64,000 bases of DNA from an uncultured Acidobacteriota bacterium. Lineage in GTDB: Bacteria > Acidobacteriota > Vicinamibacteria > Marinacidobacterales > SMYC01. The stretch lies in assembly GCA_963820855.1 (NCBI GenBank), contig CAWGBY010000021.1:133354-197353 (forward strand). Direction: 5' to 3'. Positions 39,879 through 48,795 of this stretch are shown piece by piece. Position numbers and translations under genes: made by a program. The notes below the pieces were generated by a model that did not search any database, had not been told where the DNA came from, and worked only from the letters and a program-made list of their open reading frames with translations. Every line of letters begins with the position of its first letter. Position 1 is the first letter of the stretch.

Positions 39879-41984
39879 GTGAAAACTCTCGCTCTTCTCG
39901 CCTGCGCTCGCCACGGTTCCGCAATCGCAGGGAAAGCTCGACATTCGAGCGCTTCTCGACATCCGCCATCCCTCGGGTGCGGTCTGGTCTCCCGACGGAA
40001 GCCGCGTCGCGTTCCTCTGGGATCGGGCGGGTGCCCAGAATCTCTACGTCGTCGACCGGGTCTCGGGCTGGCCCGAGCCTCTCACGGATTACGCGAGCGG
40101 CCTCATGTCCGAGCCGTTCTGGAGCGCCGACGGGATCCAGCGCTCTACTTCGAGCGGGAAGGCGAGCTCTGGTCGGTCATGGCGCGGAAGGGGAACGCGC
40201 CGAAAGCGGTTTTCGGAACGGTCGGGCCCGAGACGGAAGTGAGACCGTCGCCGGATGGGACCCACGTCGCGTTTCTCCGGCTCGGGGACGTCTGGGTGCG
40301 GAAGATTCGAGGGTGGCAGTGAGAAGCGGCTCACCGTCACGCTCGTGGCCGAGTCCGGTCTCGTCTGGTCGCCCGACGGAAAGCGGATCGCGTTCGGCTT
40401 TTCCCGCGCGACCACGCGCGAGGAAGCGCAGTCGTTCGTCGGCGAGAAGATTGCGTTCCGGCGCGTGGAGCAGGAGCCCGCCGAGATCGGCGTCGTCTCG
40501 GTCTCGGGAGGCGACGTGGTGTCCGTGGCCTCGAGCCCTCAGTCGGAGGAGTCGCCGCGGTGGATCGACTCCACCCGGCTCGTGCTCGAGCGGTTCTCGC
40601 CGGACTACCGCTCGCGGGAGATTCTCGCTGCCGACGTGGTGACCGGAGCGGTCGAGACGCTTCACCGGGAGCACGACCAGAAGTGGTGGAGCCTCTCGTT
40701 CCTCGGCGCCGAGCCGCGGCCTTCACCCGACGGCAAGTGGGTCGCGTTCCTGAGCGACGCGAGCGGTTGGGACAGCCTCTACGTCGTCTCGAGCTCCGGA
40801 GGGACCGCGCACCGGATCACCGCCGATGGCAGAGGACGCGAGCCGGTTCGCGTGGTCGCCCGACGGCACGCGTCTCGCTTTCGATACCAATCGTTCTCAC
40901 CCCGGTCAGAGGCATCTCGCGGTCGCCGACGTTTCCGATCCGGCGAAGCCGGGCATCGTCGTCCTGACCGAAGGGCGGGGAACGAATACGCAGCTCGCGA
41001 ACGCGGGAGGCTTCGTCCTCGTCCACGAGCGGGGAGGCTGGTCTCCCGACGGCCAGAGGATTCTGTACCAGCACACCGATCCCGGTCGTCCCGCGGATCT
41101 TCACTGGATCGAGGCTTCGGGCGGCGCCCCGCACGAGCTCACTCAGTCGCTTCCCTCCGCCGTCGATCGCTCTCTCCTCGTCGAGCCGCAGCTCGTCCAC
41201 TACCCGTCCGATCGATGGGCGCGAGGTGCCCGCGTACCTCTTCGTTCCGAAAGACCTCGATCGCTCGCGAAAGCATCCGGCCATCGTGTGGATCCACGGC
41301 GACGGGATCGCCCAGAACTACGACGGCTGGCACATCCGGCGCGACTACGCCGTCTACTACAGCTTTCATCAGTACCTCGCGCAGCAGGGCTACGTGGTCA
41401 TCGCGCCCGACTACCGGGGAAGCGTCGGCTACGGCCGCGAATGGCGGCTCGCGCCGTATCGCGATCTCGGCGGCCTCGACTACGAGGACGTCGCCGCCGC
41501 CGTTCCGTACCTCGAGAGCCTTCTCTACGTGGATCCCGCGCGGGTCGGCGTCTGGGGGCTGAGCTACGGAGGATTTCTCACGCTCCAGGCGCTCACCCGA
41601 GATCCGGAGCTCTTTCGATGCGGCGTCGACGTCGCCGGGGTGCAGGACTTCCGCGATTGGTTCCGCGATCCCGGCGGAAACTGGGTCGGAGGAAGGCTCG
41701 GCGATCCGGCGAGAATCCCGCGGCCTACCGGCAGGCGGCGCCCATCGAGCGCGCCTACCGGCTCGTACGCCCGCTCCTCGTCCTGCACGGAACGGCCGAC
41801 GTGAACGTGCCGTTTCTCGAGTCGGTGAAGCTCGTCGACGACGCTCACCAAGGAGGGAAAGGACTTCGACTTCGTCGTCTATCCCGGCGAGTTTCACTAC
41901 TTCCACCGCGAGCACGTTCTTCGGGATTTCTTCCGGCGCGTCGCGAGCTTCTTCGATAGAAATCTGCGAGAGGATCGAAAGTGA
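39879..41984 (+). CDS. S9-family serine peptidase (prolyl oligopeptidase/dipeptidyl peptidase type, TolB-like beta-propeller N-domain); frameshifted in this assembly
   Basis: Repeated WSPDG propeller motifs across ORFs 39879.., 40255.. and 40826... Catalytic domain in ORF 41226..41804: [37 protein letters not shown] (GxSxG). C-terminus by my own translation: [45 protein letters not shown]. Confidence 0.8.
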
Positions 41985-42469
41985 AGACGAATGCGAGCGG
42001 CGAGAGGAGCTCAACATCCTGACGGGCATATCTGCAGGAGCACGGCCTGAAGCATTCCCAGCAGCGCGAGACCATCCTGCAGCATTTTCTCGAGACCGGC
42101 GGCCACATGACCGTCGACGACCTGTACCGGGTCATCCATCGCAAGCACCCCGGCATCGGGCGCACCACCATCTACCGGGCGTTGAAGCTGTTCGTGGACG
42201 CGCAGCTCGCCTCCGCCATCGAGCTCAAGGACGGGCTCACCCGGTTCGAGCACAAGTACCGCCACGCGCACCACGACCACATGATCTGCACCGAGTGCGG
42301 GACCATCCTCGAGTTCCTGAGCCCGGAGATCGAAAGGCTCCAGGACGAGATCGCGGACGCCTACGGATTCACCATCGAGTCCCATCGCCACCAGATCTTC
42401 GGGCAGTGCCAGAAGTGCACGAGGGACAAGTCGTCGCCGCCCGCGCGCGGCAAGAAGAACAGGGGGTAG
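41981..42469 (+). CDS. fur: Fur-family transcriptional regulator; N-terminal frameshift, start uncertain
   Basis: ORF 42107..42469 plus its in-frame upstream part: AYLQEHGLKHSQQRETILQHFLETGGHMTVDDLYRVIHRKHPGIGRTTIYRALKLFVD, HAHHDHMICTECG, CQKC. The first ~15 codons (ERREELNIL) lie in another frame. Confidence 0.8.
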
Positions 42470-42474
42470 CGCCC

Positions 42475-42847
42475 TCAACCCTCCTGCATCTCTTCGATGC
42501 GCGCGGCGAGCGCGGCGAACTTCTCCAGATAGGCGTCGAGGTGCTCTCGCGACAGCGGGTCCACTGTCTCGAAGGCGAGGCCTACGCCCGCGATCTTTCC
42601 GCTTCCCTCGGCGCCGCCGGCGCTCCGCCAGGCAACGCGCGTCGAGGCGCGCAGCTCGCCGAGTCTCCAGGGAAGGATCGCGCGAATCTCGATCTTCGCT
42701 CCGAGCGGCGGCGGATCGTCGACGGCGAGAAACGCGCCGCCTTCGCTCACGTTGGTCAGGTATCCCTCTCGCCGTTCGGAGCCCACGTGAAAGGAGGCCT
42801 TGATCACGAGCGGCCCGAATCTCGGATAGCTCCTGCTTATCGGTCAT
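42475..42847 (-). CDS. PilZ-domain protein (c-di-GMP effector); N-terminal frameshift
   Basis: ORF 42475..42807: VIKASFHVGSERREGYLTNVSEGGAFLAVDDPPPLGAKIEI, GVGLAFETVDP. The RxxxR-type segment RSYPRFGPL lies just upstream in frame. ATG 42847 (MTDKQ) is one indel away. Confidence 0.7.
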
Positions 42848-43059
42848 CGGCCCTCGCGAATGACGGGCGTGAGCTCCTGGGTCAGCGGACCCTGGTCCTC
42901 GAGAGAGTATCGGCTCCCCATCGAATGAAGCCTCCGGTGGAGAGTCGATCCGTTCGCGCGAGACGCGCGGACGTCGAGCGTTCCCGTCTTCTTCGAGAAC
43001 GCGACGATCTGGAGGATCTCCAGAAGGTTCATGTCCTCGAGGCGTCCGTTCAGGGCCAT
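42844..43059 (-). CDS. DUF4388-like small protein, translationally coupled to the PilZ gene
   Basis: Internal Met of ORF 42844..43107: MALNGRLEDMNLLEILQIVAFSKKTGTLDV matches the G.L..[ML]...LLQ......KTG.L DUF4388 signature by eye. Its stop overlaps the PilZ ATG (ATGA). Confidence 0.55.
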   Translation of the reverse strand: MALNGRLEDMNLLEILQIVAFSKKTGTLDVRASRANGSTLHRRLHSMGSRYSLEDQGPLTQELTPVIREGR

Positions 43060-43204
43060 GGATGGAAGAGCTCGCTTTTCAGCGCAAAGTCGCAAAGGAA
43101 ACACCAAAAGACGCCGAGAAAGACGAGGTTTCCTTCGCGACCGATTGCGATGTCGTTGCGACTCTGCGTTGAGCTTTTCTCGATCTTAACCGACGAAACC
43201 AGGC

Positions 43205-44377
43205 ATGTATACTGACGCCGCGATGAAGCCGCTCGAGAGCAGGGCCTGGTCGCTCCTCTCGCTCGCGGGAGTGGCGTCGGCCTTCGTCGCCACCTTCGTG
43301 AACGAGCCCCCGATCTCGTCTCCTCGCGCCTTCGTCGTCGCGAAAGAGTCGGCGCCGTCTTCTTTCGACGCTCTTACTGGCGAGACCCGCATCGTTTCGG
43401 GAGACGTTCCCAAGTCCGTCCACAGCGCGACCGCGATCGAGATCGCGGGAGGCGGAATCCGGGCGTTCTGGTATGGCGGAAGCCGCGAGGGGGCGACGGA
43501 CGTCGCTATCTATTCCTCGGTTTTCGATCCGTCGTCCTCGAGCTGGAGTCCGCAGGAAGTCGTGACGACCCGAGAGGAGACGGCGCGCGATCTCGAGCGC
43601 TACGTGAAAAAGCTCGGAAACCCGGTTGCCGCGCGCGACGCCAAGGGGCGTCTGTGGCTCTTCTACGTGAGCGTCTCGGTCGGCGGCTGGTCGGGAAGCG
43701 CCGTCAACTTCCGGATATCGGAGGACGACGGAGCGAGCTTCGGTCCGGCGCGCCGGCTGGTCACCTCACCTTTATTGAACGTGGGAACTCTGGTGCGAGG
43801 TCCCGTGGTTTCGTTCGAGGATGGGACAATCGGTCTTCCCGTCTACCACGAGCTCCTGGGTAAATTCGGGGAGCTCCTCCGCATCGGGCCCGAGGGCAAT
43901 CTTCTCGAGAAAATTCGTCTCTCGCATGGACGTTCGTCGCTCCAGCCCGTGGTGGTGCCGATCGGCGAGCACGAGGCCGTCGCCTTCCTCCGCTCGAGTG
44001 GCGGAAGTCCGAGACGCGTGCTGGCCGTTCGGACCGAAGACGGCGGCCGCACGTGGGGCGATCTGGAACCGACGGACCTCCCGAATCCCGACGCGGCCGT
44101 CAGCGCTCTCCGTACCTCGGGGGGAGAGGTGCTCATCGCCTATAACGACAGCGAGGTCGACCGGAGCAATCTCAAGATCGGTCTTTCCCGCGACGGCGGA
44201 CGGAGCTTCGAGAGTCTCTCGACCGTCGAGCCGCCCGAGCCTTCCTCGTCCCAGGAGCTTTCCTACCCCTGGCTTCTCGAGTCGAGCGATGGATCGCTCC
44301 ACCTTCTTTATAGCTGGAACCGGAGCCGCATCGTTCACGTCCGCTATCGCGCAACGGTCTCGGCGGGCGTCCCTTGA
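43205..44377 (+). CDS. BNR-repeat / sialidase-fold protein, N-terminal membrane anchor
   Basis: Intact ORF; the start could instead be Met 43223 (MKPLESRAWSLLSLAGVASAFVATFV). BNR motifs SEDDGASF, TEDGGRTW, SRDGGRSF. C-terminal YPWLLESSDGSLHLLYSW. Confidence 0.7.
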   Translation: MYTDAAMKPLESRAWSLLSLAGVASAFVATFVNEPPISSPRAFVVAKESAPSSFDALTGETRIVSGDVPKSVHSATAIEIAGGGIRAFWYGGSREGATDVAIYSSVFDPSSSSWSPQEVVTTREETARDLERYVKKLGNPVAARDAKGRLWLFYVSVSVGGWSGSAVNFRISEDDGASFGPARRLVTSPLLNVGTLVRGPVVSFEDGTIGLPVYHELLGKFGELLRIGPEGNLLEKIRLSHGRSSLQPVVVPIGEHEAVAFLRSSGGSPRRVLAVRTEDGGRTWGDLEPTDLPNPDAAVSALRTSGGEVLIAYNDSEVDRSNLKIGLSRDGGRSFESLSTVEPPEPSSSQELSYPWLLESSDGSLHLLYSWNRSRIVHVRYRATVSAGVP

Positions 44378-44862
44378 GGCGGCTCTTGCCACTGGCGGCG
44401 GCGGCAGCGCTTTCGATGGTGCCGTTCGGCGGAATCCCCCTTCTCGGGCTACGCGCGCGGCATCGTAGGCGATATCAGCATCACGACGGTGCTCCTGATC
44501 GCATCCGCGGCGGTCGCGCCCAAGCTTCTCGACCGGGAGGAGCTTCGGGCGCTCGGCGCGTTCGTTCTCGCGGGCGCTCTCGTCTCTGTACCCGATGGCT
44601 CTCGGGCTCTCTCCGTTCGATCCCTATGCGCTCGGCTACCACGGACGCGTCCGTGGACTTCTCGTCGCGCTCGCGCTCGTCGCCTTCTTCGCGTGGTGGC
44701 GGGGCCGGCTCCTCCTGCTTCTCGCGCTTCTCCTCGGCGTCGCGCGCGTTCCGCCTCGAAGCTCTCGAATCCACCAACCTCTGGGACTATCTTCTCGATC
44801 CATGGCTCGCCGCCGGTTTTGCCGGATTTACGATCTTCGGCCGATTCTCCAAATCTCGGTAA
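44374..44862 (+). CDS. hypothetical integral membrane protein; frameshifted in this assembly
   Basis: Hydrophobic segments over three frames. LLPLAAAAALSMVPFGGIPLLG (44374..). ITTVLLIASAAVAPKLL and LGAFVLAGALV (44489..). GLLVALALVAFFAWWRGRLLLLLALLLGV (44595..). C-terminus NLWDYLLDPWLAAGFAGFTIFG. The start overlaps the preceding stop. Confidence 0.4.
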   Translation: MRRLLPLAAAAALSMVPFGGIPLLGLRARHRRRYQHHDGAPDRIRGGRAQASRPGGASGARRVRSRGRSRLCTRWLSGSLRSIPMRSATTDASVDFSSRSRSSPSSRGGGAGSSCFSRFSSASRAFRLEALESTNLWDYLLDPWLAAGFAGFTIFGRFSKSR

Positions 44863-44970
44863 GGAAGCGCCTGAATGGCCCGCCGGAACATCCTTGCATT
44901 CTCGAGGTTTCGCTCGAGGCTCGCTGGCATCGTCATTGCACTCCCGGGGTGAGAAAGCGAGGAGGCCAGT

Positions 44971-45684
44971 ATGCGGGCGAGCGCTGCGCTCCCAACGTTT
45001 CGCGAATTGCCTTCGTTCTCGCAGGAGATTCGCGAAGCTCTCGATACACTCGGAATCGGAGGGCGGTTCGTGAGGCTGCCGAAAGGCAGCATGGTTTCGC
45101 TTCACGAGGATGGGTCCCGGTGCGGACTCCATCTGCTCGTCGGCGGCCGGATGAAGACCCTCCGCTTCTCGGCCGACGGCAGGGTCCTGATTCTCGATCT
45201 GCTCGACTCGGGCGAGGTATTCGGGGAGATGTCGCTCGTCGCCGAGGAAGCGAGCGAGCCTACTTACGCGGAGGCGCTCGAGGACGTGGAGATCGAGACC
45301 TTCCCGCGATTCGCGCTCGACGGGGTCCTTCACGGTCGGTCGCCTCTCGCGCTCGCCATCGCCCGTCTCATCGCGGCTCGGCAGAAGCGGCTCGAACGAC
45401 GACTCGAAACTCAGGTGTGGGAGCGCGTTCCCGCGCGGCTCGCTTCGCTCCTCCTCGAGCTCTCCGACCGATTCGGCGAGCCCGCGGACGCCATCGGAAG
45501 CGGGACGGTCATCGACATTCCACTGAGCCAGCAGGATCTGGGAAATCTCATCGGTGCGAGCCGCGAGATCGTGAGCCTCACCCTCTCCGAGTTCCGGCGC
45601 CGGGACGCGGTCTCGATGCGCGGCCGTCGCATCGTCGTGCACGAAGCGAAGCTCCGCCGCGAAGCGACCAGTTTCACGACGTAA
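44971..45684 (+). CDS. Crp/Fnr-family transcriptional regulator
   Basis: Intact ORF. cNMP-binding-like GEVFGEMSLV, then HTH ARLASLLLELSDRFG and IPLSQQDLGNLIGASREIVSLTLSEFRRRDAV. Confidence 0.8.
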   Translation: MRASAALPTFRELPSFSQEIREALDTLGIGGRFVRLPKGSMVSLHEDGSRCGLHLLVGGRMKTLRFSADGRVLILDLLDSGEVFGEMSLVAEEASEPTYAEALEDVEIETFPRFALDGVLHGRSPLALAIARLIAARQKRLERRLETQVWERVPARLASLLLELSDRFGEPADAIGSGTVIDIPLSQQDLGNLIGASREIVSLTLSEFRRRDAVSMRGRRIVVHEAKLRREATSFTT

Positions 45685-45712
45685 CGGCGATCGGGACGAC
45701 GTGTTCCGCGAT

Positions 45713-46657
45713 CTACGATACCCAGAACCGTCCGGGAAGGGCGCTTTCAGGCCGATAGAGGTCGCCGATACCGAAGGCCGAAAGCGTCTCCATCGCGCGA
45801 GCGACGTCGGCCGGTTCGGCCTTCGCTTTCCACTTGTCGATGAGCCACGTCCGGTCGGCGTCGCCCAGCCGGTCCCGAGTGGCCTGGTCCGACTGATGCG
45901 TGGACGACGAGGGAGTGGTGAGCCGCCGCTCCATCCGTTCCGGTCTCGGAAGCTCGAGTCGAAGCGAGAGGGCTCGAAGCACCGGCAGCGGATCCACGAC
46001 GAGCTGCTCGTAGGTCACGATGGTCCAGTCGGGCTCCGCTCTCGCGAGCGGTATCGCCGTCTGGAGGCACCAGTCGAGGACCGCCCGGTCGAGATCGGAC
46101 CCCGCGGCGACGATGCGCTCGGAGAGCGCGGCCTGCTCCGCGGTGAGAAGCTCGCGGAAGTCGCTCGAGAGCAAAACCTTTAGCCGCGGCAGGTCTTTTC
46201 GCGACAGGGATACCGGAATCGGGTGCCGCAAGAGCAGCACGATGAACCCGCCGAAACGCTCTCGAAAGGCGCGTATGCGCTCCTCACCGGCATGGAGGAT
46301 CTTGAAGCAGATGCGGCGCGTGAGGAGCCGGAAGCGGTTCCTGTGGAGGAACGGGTTCAAGGCGCCGTTCGCTCCGGAACGAATGCTCTCGATGTACGAG
46401 AACATCGCGTCTTCCTTCCGCCGATCGTGGAGATCGGCCCACTCCGTGATACCGCGCCTCGCGAGCTCGGCCCGGACCGGCGGGTCTCTCAGATTGAAGG
46501 GCTCGTCCGCGGGCTTGAACCCGGGCTGGGTGAGCACGAGCTCCGCGAGCCACGTCGAGCCCCCTCGCGGAGTGGAGAAGAGAAAGACGTCTTTTTTCTC
46601 TCTCGGGCGGTGCAGGTTGCTGTTGCGGGCGATCCGATGCTTCAGGGACTCCAGCAT
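45713..46657 (-). CDS. sulfotransferase-family protein
   Basis: Intact ORF. KKDVFLFSTPRGGSTWLAELV looks like a PAPS 5'-phosphosulfate-binding loop; also ILLLRHPIPVSLS. Assignment is by eye. Confidence 0.55.
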   Translation of the reverse strand: MLESLKHRIARNSNLHRPREKKDVFLFSTPRGGSTWLAELVLTQPGFKPADEPFNLRDPPVRAELARRGITEWADLHDRRKEDAMFSYIESIRSGANGALNPFLHRNRFRLLTRRICFKILHAGEERIRAFRERFGGFIVLLLRHPIPVSLSRKDLPRLKVLLSSDFRELLTAEQAALSERIVAAGSDLDRAVLDWCLQTAIPLARAEPDWTIVTYEQLVVDPLPVLRALSLRLELPRPERMERRLTTPSSSTHQSDQATRDRLGDADRTWLIDKWKAKAEPADVARAMETLSAFGIGDLYRPESALPGRFWVS

Positions 46658-47574
46658 CAGATTTCGGAGAGCTTCTCGAGAATTCGATCCTGCTTCTCTT
46701 CGATGCGCTCGAGCGCTTCGAGGAGCTGCGAAAGGCTCGCCGCCCTGTCACCGTCCTCGGTGGTCCTCTCCTCCAGCTGCTCGGCTTCGAACCGTTTGAT
46801 GTCGACCTCCGCCGCCTGCACCACGGCGAGGTCCACCCGCTTGAGCCCGCGCGCGAAGGCGGCGACGAGCGCTCGATCGCAGAGAAGATTGATGAGCCGC
46901 GGCACACCGCCGGTCTTGTCGAAGACCGCCGCGACCGCAGCGGCATCGAAGAGGGGCTCGTCCGTTCCCGCGACCCTCAGGCGGTGCCGGATGTAGGAGT
47001 CCGTCTGCGGCGCGCTCAGGGGCTCGACCGTCGACTGCACCGCGACCCGCTGGCGTAGTCCGGCGAGCTCGGGAAGCTGAAGGCGGTCCCGCAGCGCCGG
47101 CGGTCCCGAGAGGACGATCTCCGCGAGGCGCCGTCCCTGGTGCTCCAGGTTCGTGAGGAACCGAACCTCCTCGAGCTGGCGCGGCGTGAGCGCCTGCGCC
47201 TCGTCCAGGAGGAGCACCAGCTTCCTACCGCGGAGAAGCTGGTTCTTCAGGTGATCCGCGAGAAGCTGCGGCTGGTTCTTCGCGGCCCTCACGCGCAGCA
47301 TCGAGGCGAGCTGTCCGACGAGCGATTCGCCGCTGAGCGAGTTATCCGACATCATGAGACCGTTGAGGTTGGTGGGGAGGCTCAAGAGCAGTCTCTTCAG
47401 AACCGTGCTCTTCCCCATGCCATGTGCCCCGATGAGGATCGCGACCCCCTGTTCCTCTTCAATCGAATAGCAGAGCTCGTTCAAAGGAATCTGATGGGGG
47501 GGGCCGAAGTAGTACGACAGATCCTGTGTCAGCTTGAACGGCCGGTCCCGGAGCCGGAAATGTTTCAGGTACAT
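46657..47574 (-). CDS. AAA ATPase, ExeA/GspA-like
   Basis: Internal Met of ORF 46657..47628: MYLKHFRLRDRPFKLTQDLSYYF. Walker A GAHGMGKST, Walker B LVLLLDEAQAL, then IVLSGPPALRDRL and GGVPRLINLLCDRAL. Its stop shares one base with the sulfotransferase ATG (TGATG). Confidence 0.75.
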   Translation of the reverse strand: MYLKHFRLRDRPFKLTQDLSYYFGPPHQIPLNELCYSIEEEQGVAILIGAHGMGKSTVLKRLLLSLPTNLNGLMMSDNSLSGESLVGQLASMLRVRAAKNQPQLLADHLKNQLLRGRKLVLLLDEAQALTPRQLEEVRFLTNLEHQGRRLAEIVLSGPPALRDRLQLPELAGLRQRVAVQSTVEPLSAPQTDSYIRHRLRVAGTDEPLFDAAAVAAVFDKTGGVPRLINLLCDRALVAAFARGLKRVDLAVVQAAEVDIKRFEAEQLEERTTEDGDRAASLSQLLEALERIEEKQDRILEKLSEI

Positions 47575-47633
47575 GGCTCGAATTTCAGTGTATCGCGTTT
47601 CCCGGCGGTAGAATCGGTCGGACTTCACGAGCT

Positions 47634-48768
47634 ATGGCGCATCCGGTGACCGTTCTCTACCTGATCGACAAGCTCCACCGCGCGGGAGCGCAGACGAATC
47701 TCGTCGCGCTCACTCGTGGGATTCTCACCACGCGTTTCCGGCCGATCGTCGTCTGCCTCACGAGCGGAGGAGCTCTCGCCGACGAGCTCCGCGGGGCCGG
47801 GGTCGACGTCCGTGTTCTCGGTATCCGGAAGATTCTACGGCGGCGCCGCCTTCCGGGCGTTGGGCTGGCTTGCGCGCCTGCTCCGCGAGGAGCGGGTCGG
47901 GATCGTCCATACGTATCTCGTGAGCGCGAACCTTTTCGGAGCCGCGGCTTCGGCGCTCGCGGGAATCGAAAATCTCGTCACCACCCGGCGAGACCTCGGC
48001 TTTTCGCGCAACGCCCGGCTCGCACTGCTCGAAGAGACGTTCGTGAACCCGCGGGTGAGCCGCGTGGTGACTCCCTCGGAGGCGGTCTCCGACGCCGCGC
48101 GGCGGGAGCGCGGTCTTTCCGCATCCAGGGTGACGACGATTCCGAACGGCGTCGACGTCGAATCATTCCGCCCGCTCGCGGGTCTTTCGGACCGCGCGCG
48201 CTCGAACCTGGGTGTTCCCGATGGCGCCGTGGTCGCGGGCGTCATCGCGAACTTCCTCGCAGTGAAAGGGCATGACGATTTCCTGCGCGCGGCGGTGCTC
48301 GTACGGAAGCGCCTGCCCGACGCGCTCTTCGTTCTCGTGGGTGATGGGCCTCTCCGGGCGAGAACGGAAGGTATCGCGCGCGATCTGGGAATCTCGGACC
48401 GGGTCCTCTTCACCGGCGCGCGCCCGGACACCCGCGAGCTTCTTTCCGCGTTCGACGTGCTGGTGTCACCGTCCCGCTCCGAAGGGATGTCGAACGTTCT
48501 CCTGGAGGCGATGTCCATGGCGCGGCCCATCGTGGCGACTTCCGTCGGGGGGACGCGAGAGCTCCTGCGACACGAAGTCACGGGACTTCTCGCGCCGCCG
48601 TGCGATCCATCGGCGCTCGCAGAGGCGATGATTTCCCTTCTGTCCGATCCAGCGCGGGGAGCCGTCCTGGGACGGGAAGCGCGGCGAGACGCCGAGGAGC
48701 GGTTCCCTCTCGACGCCATGGTGCGCCGCTACTGCGGCCTCTACGAAGAGATCCTCCGCCGTGTTTGA
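47634..48768 (+). CDS. glycosyltransferase family 4 (GT-B, group 1); one frameshift near ~47830
   Basis: MAHPVTVLYLIDKLHRAGAQTNLVALTRGL-type N-terminus (47634..). ORF 47716..48768 has IVHTYLVSANLFG, LVGDGPLR, DVLVSPSRSEGMSNVLLEAMSMARPIVATSVGGTRELL (EX7E region). Confidence 0.8.
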
Positions 48769-48795
48769 TATGCTGCGATCAGAGCCGGCCCATTC

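Noticed and set aside
43204-43215. The 12-mer CATGTATACTGA is repeated at 43204-43215 and 62364-62375, each just upstream of or at a start codon. It could be a shared TATACT -10 box.
   Set aside because: By a rough estimate, a 12-nt match is expected many times by chance in 64 kb on both strands. The flanks do not align and the -35 regions are poor. I kept it only as a weak promoter hint.
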